Assembly: GCF_018350175.1 (NCBI RefSeq)
Contig: NC_058375.1
Span: 33,728,001 to 33,792,000 of the forward strand
From: Felis catus
Lineage: Eukaryota
DNA: 64,000 nucleotides
Direction of reading: 5' to 3'
This document shows positions 48,326-60,125 of this stretch, one piece after another; within the stretch, counting starts at the first letter, position 1, and each line of letters opens with the position of its first letter. The notes under the pieces are model-generated. The model was not told the origin of the DNA. It ran no database searches and saw nothing but the letters and a program-made list of their open reading frames with translations. A program made the position numbers and the translations under genes.

Positions 48326-48951
48326 AAGAAAATGGAGGTGGGATAATTCTTTGGCAATAGAAAAGACCAGGTATGGCTATGGCTAAAGTAGAATGTATCA
48401 ATAAAATTCCTTTATTGATAAAGGAATGAAAGAAAGGAGGTCAGACCACTGAATGGGGTCATCTATATGGGCACTGAAGTCACTCAAGATGATGTACTCA
48501 AGACTAAGACTTTGAGACAAGTGCAAAATTTTCATAGAAAAAAAATTATCCACGAGTCTGAAGGTAACAATGCCAAGGAAATGGTAAGTAGCAAAAACTT
48601 CTAAGGAGTGAGTGATTTTTCTAATAGGAAGAGAAGAATAATGGCTTGAAAGGAGACAGAAGGAACAAGGAAAATACACCACATTCCCCCTGAAGAATTG
48701 CAGAGTTTGAGAGAAGGAGACATATGCAAGGGAAGCAGTGTCCTGTAGGAAAATCCAGGTTACAGTTAAAGCCAGGGGATTCAAGGGACAGGAAATAAAG
48801 AAACAGTCTGAGGAAACAGAAGGTTTTCCAGTCATGTTGCTGGACTTCCGAAGAATACAGCTGATAGTTTTGTGAAGTATGCAAGAGCATGGATGTTAGA
48901 CCAAAGGAGAAAACTGAGCATATTATGGTGTTAGGAGTACAGAAGAGAATT

Positions 48952-49105
48952 GGGGCACCTGGGTAGTTCAGTCCATTAAGTCTCTGACTTTAGCTCAGGT
49001 CAAGATCTCATGGTTTGTGAGTTTGAGCCCCACATTGTGCTCTGTGCTGACAACTCAGAGCCTGGAGCTTACTTTGGATTCTGTTTCCCTATCTCCCCCT
49101 CCCCA

Positions 49106-49146
<41 letters not shown>

Positions 49147-49172
49147 AATAAATAAACATTAAAAAATTTTTA
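48952..49172 (+). mobile_element. CAN-SINE
   Basis: TSD tacagaagagaat. Confidence 0.9.
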
Positions 49173-51414
49173 AAGAATACAGAAGAGAATATAGGACCAA
49201 AGGAGCTTATGATTTGGGTGATGATCAAAGAAACCAAGAATGATAAGCAGACAGAATTGCTACATCAGACAAGAGGAAGAGAAGGGGAAGGGTATAGTAG
49301 CCTCCTAAATCATCTGACATGCAGCTGGACGTCTCAGGTAGTAAGCAAGAAAGTCCAAATCGAATTATTAGGCACTCAAGAGTTCTTGGCTTCAGTCCTA
49401 TGTTCCTGGCTCCAGGCAAGGGTCAGGCAACAAACCAAGGGACCCCAGGGACCAAGAGGAAAGCTGCACTGTAAAGTTCTGTTCTGAAACAACCCTACAA
49501 GATCCTGTCCAGAAACATGGGAGATGGTCATGCTGACTGACAGTGCTCTGTGCTATTTTGTGCCCCCGCCTGCATGCCCCCCTATACCTCAAGTTTTGGT
49601 TTAAGTTTCAGTCACACCTGCTTTGTCACCCACTGCCTGTCCATATAGCTCCCTGCCTGGCCTACAGTATCTTTATTGGTAAAATGGACATACTATCTCT
49701 GATCACCTGTTATTCACGGAGAGATATAAATGATGTGAAAGGGCTTTGGAAAATGTAGTCAGTTAAGTAGCTGGAGGCACTGTGACTTCTCCTCACTTTG
49801 CCCACTCCTGATTCAGATCCGTTCTCTTGGTCCCCAGTCCCTCGCTGTGTCATAGCCCTTTGGTCCATCTTGGCGTAGTGAAGGGCAAAGCTACATGTTA
49901 TCCCAAGGAACACAGACTAATACTACAGCCCCATTTCTTCTCTCTGCTATTTCCTGTGATCAATTCTCCAACCTAGCAACTGGGGCCATTTCCCTGGCTG
50001 GTGAGCATGCTGACTTAACCAAAGGGAGGGGGACACACATGCCATAATGGGCATTGAGCCATGGGATGATGTGATGGCTGGTTTGTGAGATAAATGCTGG
50101 GGTAGGTCTGAGCTTGTGCCCAGTTGCTCATTTTGCCAAGACAAGTAGCTAGAGAAACGCCATTTGGAAAAATGACAAGAAAGCTGCCCCCGATTTCTTC
50201 ATCTCAGCCCCAGCCTACAACTTCCCGCTCTGTCCCCTCATACTCTCGTTTCCCAACGCATCTTCCTCCCCTGCCTCCGAAAACTTCTGGCTGTCAGACT
50301 GTTCCCCAGTGCCGTCCACTTCCCTCAGTTTACAGCCCTACCTCTTTCCCACCTCTGACTAGAGCCATCCCTTCTTGCTACCCTACCTTACCAGTTTCCC
50401 TGCCCAGCTCTTCCTCTGTTCCTTCCAGACCACCCCCTCGCCGCTCTGTTCATCTCACACCTCTTTCCTGTTACTGTTTTGTCTTGGCTCCTACTCCCCC
50501 TCCTAGCCCTTCTTTCTAGATCCTTGGAGTCGGGTTCTCCCCAGCACTCCAACCAGCCCCAACCAGACCTCCATGATTCACAAATCTCATCCTGGAGGAA
50601 TGGTTTCCCAGCAAGTGGGACAGTTCTGGTACAGTCCATAGGTGCTAGGACTGTGGATCCCCAGGAGCCTGACCTGATGAACATCGGGAATTTGAGAGAA
50701 TGGCCAGCCAACATCCATTTTGCAGGGTAAGCTCAGTTATTTACAGGACCCCTTTTCCATGATGGTGTTTTTCAGCCATAACCTGAACATCTTACTACTG
50801 TCTGTATTTTGCCTTCATCCTTGTCAATCCTCTTCAGATGCCAAAGACACGTTTAATAGGATCCTTTTTCTAGAGAATCTGTTACTTTCCTCTCTTATCT
50901 GATAAGCCAGCCTGAGTGAGCTTTTACATTTGTAACTTGCTTCTCCATAGAACTTGGTCTGTGACCATGGAGCAAATAGCAAGACCAGAGACAGAAAGTA
51001 GAGAAGAGTGAGTGGAAAACACCTAATCTGATCTCTAGGAGGTAAATCCTATTGATCTGCCCTAGATTGAAGTGAATGCAAGAATGGGTGACCCCCTAAG
51101 AACTCACACACAGAACACAAGGCCCCTATTATAGATATATGGGGGATTAAGGTTTTTGGTCTGGTTCCTCCAAGACTCTATTTCTCCACATACTCGGACT
51201 GTAGAAACTTGCCAGGGACTTTGTGCCTTTGAGAAATGCCTCCTGCAAGAAGATGATGGGTGTGTCAGGGGGCGGGGCTCCATTGTGTTCTCATCCAAAC
51301 TCTGAAGGCTGAACCTCTATACCCCAGAATATGGCAGGTAGCAGAGCCTAGAAGGCAAGGACACGTCCAGATCCTACCCAGATGAGAGCATCAGATGAAC
51401 AGATGATATATTTT

Positions 51415-51639
51415 CTTTTTTTTTTTTAATTTTTTTTAACATTTATTTATTTTTGAGACAGAGAGAGAGAGAGAGAGCATGAACAGGGGAGGGTCAGAGG
51501 AAGAGGGAGACATAGAATCCGAAACAGGCTCCAGGCTCTGAGCTGTCAGCACAGAACCTGACGCGGGGCTCGAACCCACAGACTGCGAGATCATGACCTG
51601 AGCCGAAGCGCTTAACCAACTGAGCCACCCAGGCGCCCC
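51415..51639 (-). mobile_element. CAN-SINE
   Basis: TSD tgatatattttctt. Confidence 0.92.
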
Positions 51640-52119
51640 TGATATATTTTCTTAAAAGTGCTCTTCTCAAACTAATCATAGATTCAGTGCATTCACAACC
51701 AAAATCCTAACAAACATTTTTAGGGAACTTGACAAGCTGATTATAATTTGGATGGATTATAATTTGGATGGCAAAAGGGCCAAGAATAGCCAAGACTCTC
51801 TTAAGAACTGGTAGGAACAATTTTCCTACCAGATATCAGGACTTATCACAAAAATAGTAATTAAGATAGTATAGCAGTAGTACAAGCATAAACCAATAGA
51901 CAAGAGGCATAGAAAAGAATCCAGAAACGGGTTTACACATATGTGGACACTTGACTTAAGATAAAAGTATAGGACTATCTTTTCAATAAATTGGTTCTTG
52001 GTCTATTGGATAGTCAAACGGAAAAAACTAAGCTAGATTCCTATCACATACTATGACAAAAATCAATTTCAGGTAAAAGATCATCTAAATATTAAAGAGT
52101 AAAAATAAATCATGTAGAA

Positions 52120-52853
52120 TTGTTCTGTCACGCATGGCCATTGAGCATGTGAGATGTGCTATTGAGTATGAAAGGTGCACTGGATTTTAAACACTTAGTA
52201 TGAAAGAACAATAAAATATCTCAATAGTTTCTAAATTAAGATGTTGAAATGAGAATGTGGATATACTGGGCTAAATAAAACATCTTTCAAATTAATTGAA
52301 TTCTTTTTGCTCTTTTATTAAAAAAAATTTTTTTAATGTTTATTTATTTTTGAGAGAGACAGAGACAGAGACAGAATGTGAGTGGGTTGGGGTAGAGAGA
52401 AAGGGAGACACAGAATCCGAAGCAGGCTTCAGGCTCCGCGCTGTCAGCACAGAGCCTGACGCAGGGCTCGAACTCACGAGCTGTGACATCATGACCTGAG
52501 TCGAAGTCGGATGCTCAACCAACTGAGCCACCCAGGTGCCCCTTTGATCTTTTATTTTTAAAAAATTTTCTTAATGTTTCTTTATTCTTGAAAGACAGTG
52601 TGAGCAGGGAAGGGACAGAGAGAGAGGGAGACACAGAATCCAAAGCAGGCTCCAGGCTCCAGGTTCCAAGCTGTCAGCACAGAGCCTGATGCAGGGCTCG
52701 AACCCACAAACCACGAGATCATGACCTGAGCCAAAGTCGGACGCTTAACCCACTGAGCTACCCAGGTGCCCCTGTTTTTGTTCTTTTAATTAGATACTAG
52801 AAAATTTTAAATTACTTGTGTGGCTTGCCTCAGAGTTTTATTGGACAGTCCTG
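52120..52853. mobile_element. MER33-like hAT containing two tandem - strand CAN-SINEs (52320-52542, 52557-52772)
   Basis: cactggattttaaacacttagtatgaaa...tactagaaaattttaaattacttgtgtggct...ttggacagtcctg. Confidence 0.8.
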
Positions 52854-53350
52854 ATTTGAAGGTTATATAAGAAAATATCTTCACAGCATCAGGTAGAAAA
52901 AAATGTCTCCAATGGCAATTAGAAAGCACTAATCATAAAGGGAAAAACTGATATATTTGACCATATTTAAATTTTAAGAAGATACTACAAAGTGTCTTTC
53001 AAGTTATCAAAACAACATTAAGAGACTAAAAAGGCAAACGGTACAGCGGGAAAAGAATTTGTAGAACATACAACTCCCAAAAGGTTTATATCATTAATAC
53101 ATGATGACATCCAACAAACTGATAAAGAGAAGACAAATAATCCAAAAGAAAAATAGAATAAGATTTGTAATAGGAACTTCATAAAGAGGATGTCCAAATG
53201 ACCAATAAGCATACCAAAAAAGTTGGCCAATCCCCTTAGTCAGTAGAAAGATGCAAATTAAAACCATAATGGGATGGACTCCTAAGTATATGGCCAACAA
53301 AATGTTGGTACATGTGCACCAAGAGACATCTATAACAAATGTGCACACAA

Positions 53351-53570
53351 GGGGCGCCCAGGCGGCTCAGTGGATTGAGCTTCCGACTTCGGCTCAGGTC
53401 ATGATCTCACGGTCTGTGAGTTTGAGCCCCGTGTCGGGCTCTGTGCTGACAGCTCAGAGCCTGGAGCCTGCCTCAGATTCTGTGTCTCCCTCTCTCTCTG
53501 ACTCTTCCCCATTCATGCTCTGTCTCAAAAATAAATAAACATTAAAAAGAATTTTTTTAATAAATTAAAA
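53351..53570 (+). mobile_element. CAN-SINE
   Basis: TSD aaatgt(g/t)cacaca. Confidence 0.9.
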
Positions 53571-54179
53571 AATGTTCACACAGCATTATTTGTAAGAGTC
53601 CATATTGAAACAGCCCAATGTCCATCAGGAGTAGAATGAGTAAATAAATTGTGGTATAGTCACAAAACTGAACAGTACACAGCAATGAAATCACAGCTAC
53701 ACACAACAGCATAGATGAATTTCACAAACATAATGTTGAGCAAAAGAAGTCAAACACAAAGGTATGTGTACCATATGATTCCATTTATATAACGTGAAAA
53801 ACAGGGCAAGTAATCTTTGGTGTTCCACATCAGGATAGTGGTTACCTTTGAGGAGAACAGGGAAGACAGTGTTCAGGGGGTGGGGGGTGGTGTGAGAGAG
53901 GCCTCTGGGATGGTGTTAGTGTTCTAGTGTCAGCTTCTGAGATGGTTACACGGATGTACTTTGTGCTGAATCAGTACGAGCTGCCCCTTTTGGAGGAAAG
54001 CACTTTGCTATGTACGTGCAATGTTTCACCATAAAAAGGTTTTGTTTTGATTTTGAAACATGAGTGCTTATCGAGAATCCCTAACTTGTAACTGAGTTCT
54101 GATGTCCTGGTGTCAGGCAGGAGGTGCAAGGGGCTCCCACAAAGGACCCAGAGGCTCTCTCCTTTTGTCTTCCCTCCCC

Positions 54180-55910
54180 ATCTACCAAATGTAGAGAGGG
54201 CATCATATGGTCTTTCTCTTTTATTTGTTAATATGGTGAATTGATATTTCCAAATATTACACCAACCTTACGTCTCTTCAACAAACCCCACTTGGCTATG
54301 GTATATTATTCTTTTCATATATTGCTGGATACAATTTTCTAATACTTAGTTAAGGATTTTTACATCTATGCTCATGAGGGTTATTTACCTTTAGTCTTGC
54401 TTTTTGTAATAATTTGCCTGGTTTCAGTGTTGATATAATGCTGACCTCACAATGAGTTAGGAAATGGGACACCCAGCTGGCATGCAGTTCTTGATCACAG
54501 GGTCGTGAGTTCGAGCCCCACCTTGGGGGGGTGTGGCACTTACTTAACATTTTTCAGTTAAAAAAATTAAAATAGCACATAAAAAAAATGAGTTGGGAAA
54601 TGCTTCTTCCACTTCTGTTTTCTGAAAGAGTTTGTGTAGGAATGGTATTTTCTGCATATGTTTGACAGGCTGACCAGAGAAGCCATCTGGGCCATGTGGG
54701 GAATTTTTCAATTACAAACTGAATTTTTAAAAATAGATATAAAGCAATGCAGATTTTCCATTTCTTCTCTTTTCCTTTTTTTTTTTTCTATCTCTGTCAG
54801 TTCTAGAAATCTATGCCTTCACAGAAGTTATCCATTTCATCTAAGTTTTCAAATTTCTGTTTGTTGCTTTTTCTCCTGGCTCTGGGTCACATTTTCCTAC
54901 TTCTTAACTGTCTGCTTTTCTAATACTTTTCTATTGGTGCTGCCCCCTGGGAATGATACATTGTTGAGTGCTGGATTTTGTCGTCTTTTTTTTTTTTTTA
55001 AGTTTTATTTACTAATTTTGAGAGAGAGAGAGAGCGTGAGCAAGGGAGGGTAAGAAAGAGGGAGAGAGAGAATCCCAAGCAGGCTCCATGCTATCAGTGT
55101 GGAGCCCCACGCAGAGCTTGAACTCCAGAACCTTGAGATCATGACCCGAGCCAAAATCAAGAGTCAGATGCTTAACCGACTGAGCCACCCAGACACCGCT
55201 GTTGTTTTCTTTAAAAGGTATTGGAAATCTTTCTGGCAGGCCACTTGGCCATTTGTGGATCCATTTGGTACTTTCAGAGCTTGTTTGTGAACTTTGTTGG
55301 GGAAAGGCTAGACCAACGTTTTCTCTAAAGCTAGCTTAGTCCTATTACTAAAGTGTAAACTTCCGGGGGCCTCTACCGAACACCTTCAACTAGGACTTTC
55401 TACCCTATGTGGCCAGAACTCACTCTTCTCTCCATCCTATATGAGCTCTGGGTGGTGTTGGGCTCACAGCTCCCCAGTCACTTCACTGAGTTTCGCCCTT
55501 CTTAGTATCAGGCAAGACTCAAGGGGTTTCCATGCACATCTTTGGCTCTCCTTCCCTCTCTCCCCCACTCCTCCCTCCAATTTCCTGCTCCACAAATTGT
55601 CAGCTGCCTCACACTCCTGAACCTCAGTCTGTGTCTCCCCAACCAGCCAGTATCACCTGCTCAGCTTGGGATTCCCTTCCCTGCATATTTCAGAAAGTGT
55701 CTCCAGAGAGAAATGTGGAGCGACTGTAGGGTTCATCTCACTTGTCCCCCTTCTCTCGAGGAATCACAGTCCAGCGCCACTCGGTGCCCAGGGTCTGCAT
55801 TTGCCTAGTTGTTTGCAGCAGGAGAGCAAGCCCAGAAGGAAAAGTCTTGTTTTCTTATTTTACCCTCTGTTTTGCCTCTCCAATCTCCTACATTCACTCT
55901 GTACCATGTA
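54180..55910 (-). mobile_element. Old L1 fragments with CAN-SINEs at 54466-54587 (+) and 54985-55197 (-)
   Basis: tttacatctatgctcatgaggg; SINE TSD aatgagtt(a/g)ggaaatg. Confidence 0.65.
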
Positions 55911-55987
55911 GACTCCATCTTGTACCATATAGAGTTGGTCTGTTTGTAGTTTTAAGTAATAGGATTATACTTTAAACCTTAGCCTTT

Positions 55988-56569
55988 TTTTAAATATGAA
56001 ATTTATTGTCAAATTGGTTTCCATACAACACCCAGTGCTCATTCCAACAGGTACCCTCTTCAATACCCATCACCCGCCCTCCCCTCCCTGCCATCCGCCA
56101 TCAACCCTCAGTTTGTTCTCAGTTTTTAAGAGTCTCTTATGTTTTGGCTCCCTCCCTCTCTAACCTTTTTTTTTTTCTTCCCCTCCCCCATGGTCTTCTG
56201 TTAAGTTTCTCAGGATCCACATAAGAGTGAAAACATACAGTATCTGTCTTTCTCTGTATGACTTATTTCACTTAGCATAACACTCTCCAGTTCCATCCAC
56301 GTTGCTACAAAAGGCCAGATTTCATTCTTTCTCATTGCCACGTAGTATTCCATTGTGTATATAAACCACAATTTCTTTATCCATTCATCAGTTGATGGAC
56401 ATTTAGGCTCTTTCCATAATTTGGCTGTTGTTGAAAGTGCTGCTATAAACATTGGGGTACAAGTGCCCCTATGCATCAGCACTCTTATATCCCTTGGGTA
56501 AATTCCTAGGAGTGCTATTGCTGGGTCATAGGGTAGATCTATTTGTAATTTTTTGAGGAACCTCCACAC
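55988..56569 (-). mobile_element. Young 5'-truncated felid L1 (L1_Fc-like)
   Basis: Open ORF2 C-terminus (56210-56569). Perfect 16-bp TSD ttaaaccttagccttt (55972-55987, 56570-56585). Confidence 0.95.
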
Positions 56570-57322
56570 TTAAACCTTAGCCTTTGATAGTTTTTTCAAT
56601 GAGCCCTGTTTTAAGGTCTGCCTTACCGCTGTAGTGATCTAATTTGTGGTTCTAACTGCTGCATAGCAGCTCACCAGCATACAACGTATAGCTCTTTATT
56701 TATTAAGACATTTTGTGTGATAGGGATACCTATTTTTACTTTTTTTCTTCATAAAAGTTTCATGCATTCTTTGTTAGGTTAACTGCTAGATAATTCAATT
56801 TGTTGCTAATGTGAATGGCATTTTCTATTATATTTTTCTAGTTGGTTTCCGTGACCTAGGTCTCTGCATCTGCTTCCAATTGAGATGGTAACACAGAGAT
56901 TTCAAGAGAAATCTGCAACCTCAGACACTGGATGAGAAACTAGAGGGCCAGTCCTCTTCAGCTTTTTCAATACATAGTTGGGGAGTTTAGAAGCACACTG
57001 ATGGCTTGGAATGGCCCAAGGTAAGCAGAAGGTAGCCCCAGAGAGTCACTGGGCTAGACTGTAGTGGGCTGGGCTGTGATGTGCTCAGAATCCATATCAG
57101 GGCACCTGGGAAACATAATAATGTGAGACTGGAGTGGAGAGGAGATAAAGTTACAGTGACTCCCACCTCTCCTCCTTCTGAACCTCTCCCTAGCCCTAAC
57201 CTTGTATGGAGGAACGGATGCTGGACCACTGGGTCCAAGCTGAAGAAAGGTCAGTTTAGCAGGGGACAAATACTTCTAGAATGATGGTTCATCTCTACTT
57301 AGGCTTAGGAAGGTAGTGAAAA

Positions 57323-57800
57323 CTTTTTTTAAAAGTTATTTGTTTATTTTGAGAGACACAGAGATAGTGTGAGTGGAGGAGGGGCAGAGAGAGAGGGAGA
57401 CAGAGACCCCCAAGCAGGCTCCCTGCTGTAGCACAGAGCCCAATGTGGGGCTCAAACCCATGAAATTGTGAGATCGCGACCAGAGCCGAAACCAAAAGCC
57501 AGATGCTTAATCAACTGAGCCACCCAGGCACCCTGGTAGTGAAATCTTTAGAAGGCTGTTTGAGCCTTTGCTAGAAAAAGGGATCCAGGGGCACCTGGGT
57601 GGCTCAGTTATAAGTGTCCAACTTCAGCTCAGGTCATGATCTCATGGTTCATGAGTTTGAGCCCCCATTGGGCTCTGTGCTAGCAGCTCAGACCCCGGAG
57701 ACTGCTTCGGATTCTGTGTCTCCCTCTCTCTCTGCCCCTCCCCCACTGGTTCCCTCTCTCTCTCTCTCAAAAATAAGTAAAACATTAAAAGAAAAAGAAA
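57323..57800. mobile_element. Head-to-head inverted CAN-SINE pair (57323-57533 -, 57587-57800 +)
   Basis: TSDs ggtagtgaaa and aaaaggga(t/c)ccagg. Confidence 0.9.
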
Positions 57801-57949
57801 AAGGGACCCAGGTGTGGCTCACGATGATGAGTAACAAAGGCTTCTTTGGCTCAGCCATGGTGTGATAAAGTGTGCTTGTGCTTCTTTATCATGTAAGGGT
57901 TTATGTAATGATGTAAGCAGAAGATCACAGTACTAACTGATCAGACATC

Positions 57950-58700
57950 CAATCAGTTAGCAAACATTTACCAAACACCTATATCTGTCCACACTATGCC
58001 AGGTACTGGCAGTACAGAGATGGCCCAGATATATTTCTTATTCTCGAGTAACTTACCTATAAACAAAGAAGCTTAGTAAAGTATTCCAGGAACTACAGAT
58101 TGAGAGTAGAACATGGCACAGAAAAAAAAATTGGACTAGGGGCTATAGAGTCCAGAAAGGTTTCTGAAAGATTACATGTGAGCTCATTATAAACACGTGT
58201 TCTCCAGACAGACAAGGGGGAAAGAACCTTCCAGGACAAGGGCAAGGAGCAGCAGGAGCTAAAACAAGGAGCCATTAAGTAGCTGGCTGGGCTCAGGAAA
58301 CTGCAGGTGTGTCATATAACTGATGTGTTCAACACTGGGTCCCAGACCTAAACACATCCTGGACCACACTGTGTCCTGAATGGATGGATGGATAGATGGA
58401 TGGATGGATGGATGGATAGATCAATGCATGAAGCACTTAGCTGAAAAGTGCATGGGCTGGCAAACTGTATTATAGAAGGTATCTAGAGTTGTCATATTCA
58501 TAGAAAAAGAAAGTAAAATGGTAGTTGCCAGAGGCTAGGGGGAGGGCGACATGGGGAGTTGCTTAATGGCTGTGAAATAATTCTGGAAATTGGTTTCACA
58601 TAATGTGAACCGCTAAACTAACACTAAACTATATCCTTGAAAATGCTTCTGGTGGTAAATTTTATGTTATGTGTATTTTATCACAATTAAATTTTTAAAC
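57950..58700. mobile_element. L2 3' end (-), (TGGA)n at 58381-58420 and L1MB-like 3' fragment (+, 58490-58700)
   Basis: caaacatttaccaaacaccta...cactatgccagg; gtagttgccagaggctaggggga. Confidence 0.7.
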
Positions 58701-59126
58701 GAAATAAACTATAAAGTCCCCCAAATTATTTATATTAGGAAAGAATTCTTGTCTGTATCACATGGGTGATAAGGGCCAGAATAACTTGTCAGACTTGAAC
58801 TTCCTCTGTTTTGTGAGATAGACCTTTATCTGTTTTGTGAGTCTAGGCATCTGCTTTAAAAGGAGAGAGGTTTCTGACTCCTCCCAAAATCTTTTTTAGG
58901 AAATGACTGTCCAAGGTGAGGATCAATCAAGCCCATTACCTCCGGGGTCTGCCGCTGGACGGCATCCTTTCCTGACGGTATGCAGGGGCGGTCCTAGTAC
59001 CCAGGGTCTTGAGAAGCTGGGGAAGGTGAGTCGAGCTTAGTGGTTCTTCGGAAGGAAGTGGGGCAAAGTATAAGATTGGGGGAAGGGAGATGGGCGGGCG
59101 GGAGGGGGTCCGAGGGAGGCGATGCC

Positions 59127-59165
59127 GTTGCCTGGAGACAGCGTGGGACGCCGTTGCCAGGAGAT
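59127..59165 (+). promoter_or_regulatory. Tandem RFX X-box-like sites
   Basis: GTTGCCTGGAGAC (59127-59139) and GTTGCCAGGAGAT (59153-59165) resemble the X-box GTTGCC(N)GGNRAC, 80-120 bp upstream of a ciliary gene ATG. Confidence 0.65.
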
Positions 59166-59244
59166 GGCAGTCTCCCCGCACCTGCAAGCCATCCAGGGCA
59201 GTGAGAAGTAGTTGGACGGATCTGATCGGAGCCCCGCCACAGTC

Positions 59245-59374
59245 ATGGCCGGTCGCCAAAAGGAGGTGATCATCGATGAGGTCCATCAGAACCAGATCCT
59301 GCGCGAATTGTACCTCAAAGAGCTTAGAACCCAGAAACTCTACACAGAGTACCACGTGAATCCCCTCCGCAAGG
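59245..59374 (+). CDS. CFAP144: CFAP144/FAM183A coding exon 1
   Basis: [43 protein letters not shown] matches the FAM183A N-terminus as I recall it. Good Kozak context (gtcATGG), donor AAGG|GTGAGA (phase 1), CpG-rich surroundings. Confidence 0.92.
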
Positions 59375-59609
59375 GTGAGAGGCGCTTGGGGCAGAGAAAG
59401 GGGACAGGGGAGGGGCAGGAAGGAGGGGCCTTGAGGGTGCGGGGCAGAAGTGCGGGGTGCAGCACAGTAGGAGACGCCTTCTCTGACCTCACCCCCCTTC
59501 CTAGATTTCAGGACTCTTGATTGTTGGGGGTGAGGGTTATCTCCGCATCCCATCAAATACATTAATATGTTAAAATGCACACGCACCGCGATTAAATAGT
59601 ATTTTTTGT

Positions 59610-60125
59610 GTTGCAAACTGGTGCAGCCACTCTGGGAAACAGTGTGGAGTTTCCTCAAAAGGTTAAAAATAGAACTACCCTACCACCCAGCAATTGCACT
59701 ACTAGGTATTTATCCAAAGGATACATGAGTGCTGATTCGAAAGGGCACATACACCCCAATGTTTATAGCAGCGCTATCGATAATAGCCAAGGTATGGAAA
59801 GAGCCCAAATGTCCATCCACAGATGAATGGATAGAGAAGATGTGTTATATATATATATATACAATGGAGTATTACTTGGCAATCAAAAAGAATGAAATCC
59901 TGCCATTTGCAACTACGTGGATGGAACTGGAGGATATTATGCTGAGTGAAATTAGTCAGAGAAAGACAAATATCATGACTTCATTCATATGAAGACTTTA
60001 AGAGACAAAACAGCTGAACATAAGGGAAGGGAAACAAAAATAAGATAAAAACAGGGAGGCAGACAAAGCATAAGAGACTCATAAATATGGAGAACAAACA
60101 GAGGGTTACTGGAGGGGCTGTAGGA
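59610..60125 (+). mobile_element. L1 ORF2-end/3'UTR fragment in CFAP144 intron 1, truncated at both ends
   Basis: TPMFIAALS...YTMEYY...PFATTWMELE. Same 3'UTR type as the 15855 and 47140 copies; no poly(A) and no TSD seen. Confidence 0.9.

Larger units (their letters stand above)
51660..54050 (+). mobile_element. Old L1 (L1ME/MC-like) 3' half, interrupted by MER33 and SINEs
   Basis: gggccaagaatagccaagac...ataaattgtggtatagtcac...acataatgttgagcaaaagaagtcaaacacaaa. Confidence 0.75.
58935..59470 (+). promoter_or_regulatory. CpG-rich promoter/first exon region of CFAP144 with GC boxes
   Basis: Local CpG enrichment against a CpG-depleted window. GGGCGG boxes near 58986 and 59092-59101. Surrounds the ATG at 59245. 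Confidence 0.7.

Noticed and set aside
54937-54956. CTCF-like motifs (also about 11803-11817 and 55773-55790)
   Set aside because: Each has several mismatches to the core, and two lie in L1 debris. Not supportable without a matrix scan.
58936-59658. 240-aa antisense ORF, plus the 59212 upstream start and intron read-through of the 102-aa ORF
   Set aside because: Antisense shadow of a GC-rich exon starting in an L1. 59212 is TTG, and the sense frame is spliced at 59374.
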